DNA from: an uncultured Actinomycetes bacterium
GTDB lineage: Bacteria > Actinomycetota > Acidimicrobiia > Acidimicrobiales > RAAP-2
NCBI GenBank assembly: GCA_903824535.1
Contig: CAIJWX010000100.1
Span: 1-37,939 of the forward strand
DNA: 37,939 nt
Direction: 5' to 3'
The translations under genes were made by a program, and so were the position numbers. Positions 11,720 through 19,284 of the stretch are shown here, in pieces (the first letter of the stretch is position 1; the number at the start of each line of letters is the position of its first letter). The notes beneath the pieces were generated by a model. That model was not told the origin of the DNA and made no database searches. It saw nothing but the letters and a program-made list of their open reading frames with translations.

Positions 11720-11792
11720 GGGGGCGTAGCCCAACGGCAGAGGCAAGGCGCTTAAACCGCCTCCAGTGTGGGTTCGAGTCCCACCGCCCCTA
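11720..11792 (+). tRNA. tRNA-Leu, anticodon TAA, 73 nt, short variable loop, CCA not encoded
   Basis: Acceptor stem GGGGGCG/CGCCCCT + discriminator A; anticodon stem AGGCG/CGCCT with loop CT-TAA-AC (anticodon 11753-11755); T arm GTGGG-TTCGAGT-CCCAC. Confidence 0.96.
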
Positions 11793-11832
11793 CGCGGTAT
11801 TTGGTCCTCAGATTCTTTAGTATCGTTGCTCC

Positions 11833-12630
11833 GTGGCTAAGAGTTCAACAGGTAAATGGGTAAGCAGGGTAGGAGCTTCTGGAGGCGGAAAGGCCTACAA
11901 GAAGTCTCGTCCTGGTAACTACTACGGCGTGCTCGCAATTATTGTCATTCTCGGACTCGCAATGACTGTGTATTCACGTTACGAATACCAGAACCCATCA
12001 ATCGCTACCACCACCACCGCAAGTGCTCAGCCAGCAATTGGTACAACATGGCACGAAGCACTTGGTGTTGAGGCGTGTGGTGTTAACTACACACTTACGC
12101 CAGATCAAACTACAAACATTGGTTTCAAAATTGGTGCTGACAACGTACTGACTGTGGCACCAGTTTCTGCAAGTGAAGCCGGAACAAACGCAACACTTGC
12201 TCTCTTTGCTTCTGAACACACTGGTATCAAAGCAACATCATCTAGCTTGGCGCTGCCAACATCTACAGGAATTGCCAACAAGGCAACATCGTGGAAGAAC
12301 GGCGACAAGTGTGGTGCTGGAACTAAGTACGCCGGAAAGACCGGAGAGGTTAAGTACGCCTACTGGATGTTTGGCGAAACTAAGCCAACAGTTGTAACTG
12401 ATCCAGCTAAGGTTCCGCTCTCAGCGAACGAAATGTACATAACTATGGCATTCGTTCCAGCCGGGGTAACTCCATCGAAGCCAAGCACTGCGTCAATTAA
12501 TGCAATGTTGAAGGCTGTTCAAGCAACCGCTTCTACAACTACAACTACAACTACTGCACCGGCCGGATCAATTGGCACCGTTCCAGTCGGCTCAACAATC
12601 CTTCCTGCAACGACTACAACTGCGGGCTGA
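11833..12630 (+). CDS. Hypothetical single-pass membrane protein with Cys pair and Thr-rich linkers
   Basis: Basic cytoplasmic N-terminus, one TM, extracellular domain with 2 Cys, TTTT and TTTTTTT runs. TATCGT -10 lies 6 nt before the GTG. Confidence 0.8.
   Translation: MAKSSTGKWVSRVGASGGGKAYKKSRPGNYYGVLAIIVILGLAMTVYSRYEYQNPSIATTTTASAQPAIGTTWHEALGVEACGVNYTLTPDQTTNIGFKIGADNVLTVAPVSASEAGTNATLALFASEHTGIKATSSSLALPTSTGIANKATSWKNGDKCGAGTKYAGKTGEVKYAYWMFGETKPTVVTDPAKVPLSANEMYITMAFVPAGVTPSKPSTASINAMLKAVQATASTTTTTTTAPAGSIGTVPVGSTILPATTTTAG
12535..12555 (+). repeat. (ACAACT)x3.5 coding microrepeat encoding poly-Thr
   Basis: acaact acaact acaact act is visible in the sequence. Confidence 0.7.
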
Positions 12631-12632
12631 GT

Positions 12633-13658
12633 TTGAAGTCGATCATTCTGGTCGGCGGTAAGGGAACGAGACTCAGACCCCTAACGTTCGAGACCCCCAA
12701 ACAGATGTTGCCGCTCATTGGTCGACCAATGATTGAGTGTGTCTTTGAATCTCTTGCAAAGCACGGTGTAACCGATGCTGTTCTTTCGCTCGGGTACTTG
12801 CCAGACCGGTTTATTGAAAGCTATCCAGAAGGTGTTATTTCGGGTGTGCGTGTTAGCTACGCAGTTGAACCTGAGCCGCTTGATACTGCTGGTGCAATTC
12901 GCTTTGCTGCAGAGCACGCAGGCATTGATGAAACATTCATTGTTGTGAATGGTGATGTGCTCACTGACCTTGACGTAACAAGACTTATTAGCTTTCACCG
13001 TGCACACGGGGGAGAAGGAACAATTGCTCTTCACCCAGTAGGAGATCCTTCAAGGTACGGGGTTGTGCCAACGACTCCAGACGGACGAGTAATTGAGTTC
13101 GTTGAGAAGCCTGCACGTGAAGACGCCCCAACGAATCTCATTAACGCTGGAACGTATGTCTTTGAGCCGAGTGTGCTTTCTCGTATTGCTCCAACGGGCC
13201 GAGTAAGCGTTGAGCGCGACACGTTCCCATCACTCGCAAAAGACGGTGTGCTGTACGCCATGCCAGATAACGCTTACTGGATTGATACTGGTACGCCCCA
13301 GACTTACCTTCAATCAAATATTGATGTTCTAACTGGTCGTGACAAGATCACATCATTCAGTGGCATTGTCGATGGTTCGTGGACCCACCCACAAAGTCGA
13401 GTAGATCCAACAGCGAAGTTAGTAAACAGCGTTATTGACAAAGACTGTTACGTAGGGCCAAACGTTGTAATTGAAAACTCTGTACTTCTGCCTGGAGCAG
13501 TAATTGAAGAAGGATCAGTTGTTAAGTGGTCAATTATTGGACCAGAGGCTGTGATTGGAAGCTTCTCGACACTTGGCGCAACCTGTGTTGTTGGTGCCAA
13601 GGAACATGTTGCTCCCGGATCGTCGCTTTCAGGTGACGTTCGCCTAGGCGGCGTTTAA
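12633..13658 (+). CDS. manC: Mannose-1-phosphate guanylyltransferase / NDP-sugar synthase
   Basis: LVGGKGTRLRPLT..PK, EPEPLDTAGAI, NGDVL, FVEKP, INAGTY and WIDTGTP motifs; C-terminal hexapeptide beta-helix; adjacent to cofE as in actinobacteria. Confidence 0.88.
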   Translation: MKSIILVGGKGTRLRPLTFETPKQMLPLIGRPMIECVFESLAKHGVTDAVLSLGYLPDRFIESYPEGVISGVRVSYAVEPEPLDTAGAIRFAAEHAGIDETFIVVNGDVLTDLDVTRLISFHRAHGGEGTIALHPVGDPSRYGVVPTTPDGRVIEFVEKPAREDAPTNLINAGTYVFEPSVLSRIAPTGRVSVERDTFPSLAKDGVLYAMPDNAYWIDTGTPQTYLQSNIDVLTGRDKITSFSGIVDGSWTHPQSRVDPTAKLVNSVIDKDCYVGPNVVIENSVLLPGAVIEEGSVVKWSIIGPEAVIGSFSTLGATCVVGAKEHVAPGSSLSGDVRLGGV

Positions 13659-14369
13659 TTATCTAAATAAGTCGTTTGATGCTGGTCTGACAACGTCTTC
13701 TTTTACAGATCCATCGCCAAAGTAGGACTCGTCTAGACCGCGAAGAATTGCGAATGGTGTTCCTGCATTTTTCCCAAGAACCAAGTTCGCCGCACCTGCG
13801 ATTTCATCAATGATCGCAACTTCAGTAACTTCTAATGTTCTGCCTTCAGCGTCGAGGGTTCCACGAAGATCGAGAATTGGTTTGATGCCAGCTGAACCAA
13901 GCGCCACGTCAGTCACCCCTGTTCGCCAGACTCGACCAAATGTGTCAGTCACGACAACCGCAACTTCAATACCGGTACGTCTAGCTATCTCAGAGCGGAA
14001 CCGCCGAGCTGAGCGGTCAGGATCCTTCGGAAGTAGCACTGCAGTGCCCTCAGCGGTATTTGAGAGGTCAATACCGGCGTTCGCATTAACGAAACCATGG
14101 TGAGTCTCGGTGATCCTCATTGGTCCTCGGCGGCGAATTACTCGGCGAGATTCTTTGGTGATGAGCTGATCTTTGTGCTCATCAGTTCCATCAAAGTCAA
14201 CTACTTGACCCTCAGATTTAGAAACAATCTTGCTGGTAACTGTTACGAGGTCATGGTGGCTAAGTGTGTGGCCACCTTTTTCGATTGCTTCTAGAAATAG
14301 GGCGACCAAGTCGTCACCTTCGGTGATTTCACCTACACCGAGGATTGGAAAGATGCGGAGTTCGTTCAT
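13659..14369 (-). CDS. cofE: Coenzyme F420-0:L-glutamate ligase (stand-alone CofE domain)
   Basis: GEITEGDDL, TSKIVSKSEG, ANAGIDLSN, LLPKDPDRSA, TDTFGRVWRTG.TDVALG and DEIAGAA motifs. Confidence 0.95.
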   Translation of the reverse strand: MNELRIFPILGVGEITEGDDLVALFLEAIEKGGHTLSHHDLVTVTSKIVSKSEGQVVDFDGTDEHKDQLITKESRRVIRRRGPMRITETHHGFVNANAGIDLSNTAEGTAVLLPKDPDRSARRFRSEIARRTGIEVAVVVTDTFGRVWRTGVTDVALGSAGIKPILDLRGTLDAEGRTLEVTEVAIIDEIAGAANLVLGKNAGTPFAILRGLDESYFGDGSVKEDVVRPASNDLFR

Positions 14370-15280
14370 GAAAGAACTGCGTCCGCTAGTTGTTTGGCGT
14401 GTTCTGGATTAGCCATGATTGTTGTAGTGACAATGACGTTCATACCTAGATCACTTATTTCGTTTTCGTGCTTGGCATCTTGCTCATCAATTATGAATGT
14501 ACCAACGAGCCCCTGGTAGTACTTAGCAACTCCCACACATGAGACATCGTGACCAAGCTCGTTCAGCAATCGATCAGCTGGTCCCTTAAGTGCTGCACCA
14601 TTAATGATTGGTGAAACCGCAACAACATCAGCGCAGCGCTCGCGCAAGACTTCTCTAATGCCGGGCACTTGAAGAATTGGTTCAATTGAGATGAGTGGAT
14701 TCGATGGTGCGATCACTATTCGTGAAGCAGACGTCAGGGCGTTCATTGATTCTTTGGTTGGTGCTGCGCTCTTAGCGCCTTCAAATGAAATTGAATTCAC
14801 TGCTACGCCGTGGTGATGGCGAACGAAGTACTCCTGGAAACTGAGCGTTCCAATCTCTGTGCTGAAGACAGTAGAGAGCGCATCATTTGTTACAGGAAAT
14901 AATTGAATGTCGACGCCAAACTTTTTACACAGCTCTTGCGTGACTTCAGTCTTGGTTGCGCCCTCGCTAAAACGTTGCGTGCGGTAGAGATGAGTTGCGA
15001 GGTCGCGGTCACCTAACCCGAACCATGACTCACCACCAAGTTCGCCAAGTTCTTTCATGACTCGCCACGTCTCTCCTTGGAGGCCCCAGCCGAGTTCTTC
15101 ATTGTTGAGCCCACTGAGCGTGTAGCTAATGGTGTCGAGGTCGGGACAGATGCTGAGACCATGCAGCACGAGGTCGTCTCCAACATTCACTATCGCGCTT
15201 AGATCTGCGGCTTCAAGCCGGTACCGTAAAGCTCGTAAGAGTCGTGCGGCGCCTACGCCACCGCTAAGAACAGATATCAC
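14366..15280 (-). CDS. cofD: 2-phospho-L-lactate/phosphoenolpyruvate transferase CofD (FbiA)
   Basis: LSGGVGAAR, NVGDD, CPDLDT, WFGLGDRDLATH, FQEYFV, PSNPLISI and KGPAD motifs. Confidence 0.97.
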   Translation of the reverse strand: MISVLSGGVGAARLLRALRYRLEAADLSAIVNVGDDLVLHGLSICPDLDTISYTLSGLNNEELGWGLQGETWRVMKELGELGGESWFGLGDRDLATHLYRTQRFSEGATKTEVTQELCKKFGVDIQLFPVTNDALSTVFSTEIGTLSFQEYFVRHHHGVAVNSISFEGAKSAAPTKESMNALTSASRIVIAPSNPLISIEPILQVPGIREVLRERCADVVAVSPIINGAALKGPADRLLNELGHDVSCVGVAKYYQGLVGTFIIDEQDAKHENEISDLGMNVIVTTTIMANPEHAKQLADAVLS

Positions 15281-15319
15281 CCCCGAAACCTTAGGGGCGC
15301 TTGGGTAGGATTGAGTGTT
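15281..15319. promoter_or_regulatory. Back-to-back divergent leaderless-type promoters
   Basis: Minus strand: TAAGGT (15293-15288) 7 nt before the cofD GTG. Plus strand: TAGGAT (15306-15311) 8 nt before in-frame GTG 15320. Confidence 0.5.
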
Positions 15320-16132
15320 GTGAGCGATAATTCGATAGTTAAAGGGTGGCCAGGGGCCCCCGCAGCAGTGGCCTTCCGCTTGGACGGCGCCATGGTGAAC
15401 CGGGTAGTTGAAGTAGGTGACCTCACAGAAATCCGTCCGTGGGCCTCTGTTTCAAAGCTCGCCGTATCTTTTGCCATAGGTATTGAGTTCGACTGGGAGT
15501 CATGTAAGCCCTCAACTGCCGCTGGCCCAACAGGTTCATTCCTTGCGAACCTACTTTCACACTCGAGTGGCCTCGGGCTTGAAGAAGGTGATCCGGTCAT
15601 TGAAGTTGGGAAAAAGCGTATTTATTCAAACGTAGGAATAAATACTGCAACAGAAAAAATTCTTGAGGGTAACGCTCCCGAAGATTGGTTAAACACTCGT
15701 GTGTTCCAAGGACTCGGAATGAACAGCACGAGTCTTCAGGGGAGGCCCTCTGATGGCGTGGTTGGCTCAACCGAAGACATGGTGACTTTCGCGAGAGCCT
15801 GGTTGCTTTCATTAGGACTTGCTGAGCCCACTCGAAATCGACTCATTACTCCGTACGCTCCACAACTCGATGGAGTTGTTCCTGGATTCGGTCACTTCTC
15901 ACCTTGTCCTTGGGGACTCGGACCAGAGGTTCGAGGAACTAAAGAACACTGGATGGGTGACTGGCCAGAAGACAGCTTCGGTCACTTTGGAAAGAGCGGC
16001 GCCATGATGCTTATGAACGTTCGAGAAAAGATCGCCGTTGTAGCAACAAGCACTGAAGAGTTTGGTCCTTGGGCAGTTGAACTCTGGCCTCAGTGGACGA
16101 GCGAAATGCGTAAGCGAGCTCTTGGTTCGTGA
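15311..16132 (+). CDS. Beta-lactamase-fold serine hydrolase (class C/esterase-like), cytoplasmic
   Basis: SxxK (ASVSK), LLSHSSGL, YSN, LGMNST and FGHFG motifs; no signal peptide. True start may be GTG 15320. Confidence 0.88.
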   Translation: MSVVSDNSIVKGWPGAPAAVAFRLDGAMVNRVVEVGDLTEIRPWASVSKLAVSFAIGIEFDWESCKPSTAAGPTGSFLANLLSHSSGLGLEEGDPVIEVGKKRIYSNVGINTATEKILEGNAPEDWLNTRVFQGLGMNSTSLQGRPSDGVVGSTEDMVTFARAWLLSLGLAEPTRNRLITPYAPQLDGVVPGFGHFSPCPWGLGPEVRGTKEHWMGDWPEDSFGHFGKSGAMMLMNVREKIAVVATSTEEFGPWAVELWPQWTSEMRKRALGS

Positions 16133-17202
16133 ACCAAAAAAGCATGAAGCGAACAATTGCAATCTCTATTGATCAGCTGTACCGCGATCAACCTGGAGGA
16201 ATTGGCACGTATGTTCGTGGTTTGCTGTACGGCCTTAGCCAAGTAACTGCTGACGAGATTGTTGGTATTGCTCCACGAGGAGCTTCGCCAAGTAACTTGC
16301 AACTGGATGCAATTTCAAAAAGTCCGCTCGGCGTATCTTTACTGACTCGTACGTGGCCACACTTCGCATCTGGAGTCCCAAAGAAGGCCAGCGTGGTGCA
16401 CGCAACATCAATGGCTGGCCCCTTCGCTGGCGGAACTAATGCAATGCATTCAGTTGCCATGCATGACTTGCTGTGGCGCGATGAGCCGAGCGCCACAACA
16501 AGCGCAGGAATTGCATTTCATGAAAGTCGATTAGAGCTTCTTGCGCAAAAGAAAAATATTCGTATATTCACTTCGTCACCCGGGCTGAAAGAGCGTTTGG
16601 TAGTTGAAGGTTTTGATGCTGCACGAATTATTCCAATCCGCCTTGGGGTGGATGATGAATCAGTCCAGCCAGCAAGTAGTGCTGAAGTTCAACATTTTTT
16701 GTCTGGCCATGGCGTCAGCGGTCCATTTACGTTTTATGCCGGTACCAGAGAGCCAAGAAAAAATCTCTCAGCTTTGATTAACGCTCACCGTAGAGCACGT
16801 GCAACGTCGCCTGAACTCGGTCCACTCGTGATCGCTGGCTCGCAGGGCTGGGGTGGGGTATCAACGCAAGATGCAGTGGTTGTTGGCCTCGTGGAGTGGA
16901 ATATGTTGAAGGGTCTCTACCGAGACTGCACAGTTTTTGCCTATGTTCCGCGTGCAGAAGGCTGGGGACTTTCACCTATTGAAGCACTTAACGCAGGCGC
17001 ACGTGTCGTTGCGAGTTCAACTACCCCTAGCGTCAACAAAAATCAGAACGTAGTCCTTGTTGATCCTCTAAGCGAAGAATCAATTACTGCGGGGCTGCAG
17101 CGAGCACTCGAGCTCGATGAGAAGGATGATCAAAGAAAGCAGTCCGTCTCAGAGTTCACGTGGAAAAACTGTGCACTAGATCATTTGGCGGGCTGGTCAT
17201 GA
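16129..17202 (+). CDS. GT4 (GT-B) glycosyltransferase, WbpY/MtfB-like
   Basis: GGIGTY, HDL, GTREPRKNL and EGWGLSPIEA motifs. Alternative start ATG 16144. Confidence 0.9.
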   Translation: MNQKSMKRTIAISIDQLYRDQPGGIGTYVRGLLYGLSQVTADEIVGIAPRGASPSNLQLDAISKSPLGVSLLTRTWPHFASGVPKKASVVHATSMAGPFAGGTNAMHSVAMHDLLWRDEPSATTSAGIAFHESRLELLAQKKNIRIFTSSPGLKERLVVEGFDAARIIPIRLGVDDESVQPASSAEVQHFLSGHGVSGPFTFYAGTREPRKNLSALINAHRRARATSPELGPLVIAGSQGWGGVSTQDAVVVGLVEWNMLKGLYRDCTVFAYVPRAEGWGLSPIEALNAGARVVASSTTPSVNKNQNVVLVDPLSEESITAGLQRALELDEKDDQRKQSVSEFTWKNCALDHLAGWS

Positions 17203-18308
17203 GAGTAGCGCTCGACGTTTCATCAGTTCCTAAGAATATTGCTGGCGCTGGACGCTATATCGCCGAGGTTGCTCGACGGTTACCACTTCTAAGCGTCGAA
17301 ACCACTCTCGTTACTAGACGCAGTGATGCGCAGCGCTGGTCAAAGATCTCTTCAGCAATGATTTCACCAGTTGTTCCAGACAATCGTGTTCAACGACTTG
17401 CTTATGAGGCGCTACTGCTTGGTTCAAGTGGGCCAGCAAAGAATGCTGATGTTTGGCATGGACCTCACTACACCATGCCTCACGGCGGAGCCACCCCGAG
17501 CGTGGTGACAATTCATGACTTGACGTTCTTCACAAATCCTGAATGGCACGAAAAATCTAAGGTTGCATTCTTTCGACGAGCTATTTCGTATTCCGCTAAA
17601 AATGCCAAAGTACTACTGAGTGTCAGCGATTTCACCGCGCGACAAATTGAAGAATTCCTTCCGGGACATGCCCCGGTTGTCGTTGCTCCCCATGGAGTAG
17701 ACCTCGTTCGCTTTAGTACTGATGCGCATAATGATGAAGATCTCTTTATGAAGCACTCACTACAACGCAACGTCCCTTATGTGCTTTTTGTGGGAACGCT
17801 GGAACCACGCAAGGGGATTGACGTTTTGCTGAAGTCCTTTGCTGCACTTTCGAGCGATGACTCAGAGATCGAACTCTGGCTCGCTGGACAATCTGGCTGG
17901 GGGCTAAATGACATTCAAGGACAAATTGCTACCCACCCAGCGGCGTCACGAATCAGGCTGCTCGGCTTCGTAGATGATGAAGTATTACCGGCACTTCTTC
18001 GCCAAGCACGAGCAGTTGTCTATCCGTCGAGGGGTGAAGGATTTGGTCTGCCGGTGCTCGAAGCGTTGGCGTGCGGTGCGCTAGTTGCAACGAGCTCTAA
18101 TACCGTGATGGCTGAAATCTCTGGCTCTGCTGCTGTGCTTTCAGCCATTGGTGACAGCACTGCACTTGCTTCATCACTAAGTGAAATTATAAATTGCAAC
18201 GATTCACTTAGAGCTCAGCGTTCAGCAGCGGCACGCCAGCACGCCGAAACATATACGTGGGATCGCTCATTGCAGCAACACCTCAAAGCCTACGAACAGG
18301 CAATCTAA
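17199..18308 (+). CDS. GT4 (GT-B) glycosyltransferase, WbpY/MtfB-like
   Basis: GAGRY, VTIHDL, GTLEPRKG and YPSRGEGFGLPVLEALACG motifs; ATG 17199 overlaps the upstream TGA (ATGA). Confidence 0.92.
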   Translation: MRVALDVSSVPKNIAGAGRYIAEVARRLPLLSVETTLVTRRSDAQRWSKISSAMISPVVPDNRVQRLAYEALLLGSSGPAKNADVWHGPHYTMPHGGATPSVVTIHDLTFFTNPEWHEKSKVAFFRRAISYSAKNAKVLLSVSDFTARQIEEFLPGHAPVVVAPHGVDLVRFSTDAHNDEDLFMKHSLQRNVPYVLFVGTLEPRKGIDVLLKSFAALSSDDSEIELWLAGQSGWGLNDIQGQIATHPAASRIRLLGFVDDEVLPALLRQARAVVYPSRGEGFGLPVLEALACGALVATSSNTVMAEISGSAAVLSAIGDSTALASSLSEIINCNDSLRAQRSAAARQHAETYTWDRSLQQHLKAYEQAI

Positions 18309-19208
18309 ATGAGAGCAGTAATTACTGGAGCAAAAGGATTCGTAGGAAGACACCTACGCGAACATCTCGAACTCCATGGTGATGAAGTTCTAAGTCTTGA
18401 CCTCGAATGTGACGTTACAAATCTTCAAAGTATCTCGCCAGTAATTCAAAGCTTCGAACCTGATGCCATTTACCATCTCGCCGCACTTACCCACGTGGGT
18501 GACTCTTGGGATAATCCTGAAGAGTTCAACAGAGTAAACGTTGAGGGCACTAGAAATATTTTGACCAGTGCCAAGATGCTTGCTCACCCTGCCAAGGTTT
18601 TATTCGTGAGTACCGCAGATGTATACGGGATCGTCAAGCAAAGTGATTTACCACTTGAAGAATCTCGACTCGCAGCACCAGCAAACCCGTATTCAAAGAG
18701 CAAGCTTGCAGCTGAACAGCTTTGCCAAGACGTGTCTACATCACAAGAAGTTGTAATTGCTCGTCCGTTTAACCACATTGGACCTGGGCAGTCAGCACAG
18801 TTTGTGATTCCAGCACTCGTTTCACGACTACTAGCTGCAGCTTCTAATGGTGACGCTTCAATTTCAGTTGGCGATCTCTCTACAAGACGAGATTTCTGCG
18901 ATGTGCGTGATGTGGTTAAGGCCTACCGGTCATTAATGCAACATGGAAAGAGCGGCGAGGTGTACAACATTGCATCTGGCAATGATGTTTCAATTCAAGC
19001 CATTGGCGAACAACTTGTTTCAATTCTCGCTCCCGACGTGAAACTTGAAGTTGACCAGTCTCTACTTCGACCAATTGAAATTCCTGTGATGCGTGGAAGC
19101 TATAAAAAAATCCATGCAGCAACTAATTGGAAACCGACTATTAGTTTGGAATCATCTCTCGGAGACGTAATAACTGATCTTCGAAGTAATTCTGCTAAAA
19201 ATTCATAA
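18309..19208 (+). CDS. GDP-sugar extended SDR, most like GDP-4-keto-6-deoxymannose reductase (Rmd); often auto-annotated GDP-mannose 4,6-dehydratase
   Basis: TGAKGFVG, YHLAA, YxxxK (PYSKSK), RPFNHIGPGQ..FV, RRDFCDVRD and LLRPIE motifs; lacks the Gmd GITGQDG signature. Confidence 0.8.
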   Translation: MRAVITGAKGFVGRHLREHLELHGDEVLSLDLECDVTNLQSISPVIQSFEPDAIYHLAALTHVGDSWDNPEEFNRVNVEGTRNILTSAKMLAHPAKVLFVSTADVYGIVKQSDLPLEESRLAAPANPYSKSKLAAEQLCQDVSTSQEVVIARPFNHIGPGQSAQFVIPALVSRLLAAASNGDASISVGDLSTRRDFCDVRDVVKAYRSLMQHGKSGEVYNIASGNDVSIQAIGEQLVSILAPDVKLEVDQSLLRPIEIPVMRGSYKKIHAATNWKPTISLESSLGDVITDLRSNSAKNS

Positions 19209-19284
19209 GTTTTCTTTAGAACATTGGATTTTCAGCGTTTAGGCGACTGATTTTTCTGCACAATCGAACTAGCCTTGTTGTCTG

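Noticed and set aside
11766-11832. tRNA 3' end as an integration site or genomic island
   Set aside because: I saw no duplicated tRNA end and no integrase, and the flanking genes are core-like.
12535-12555. Short tandem repeats as a CRISPR or contingency locus
   Set aside because: An in-frame hexamer repeat encoding a Thr linker; no spacer structure and no frameshifting potential.
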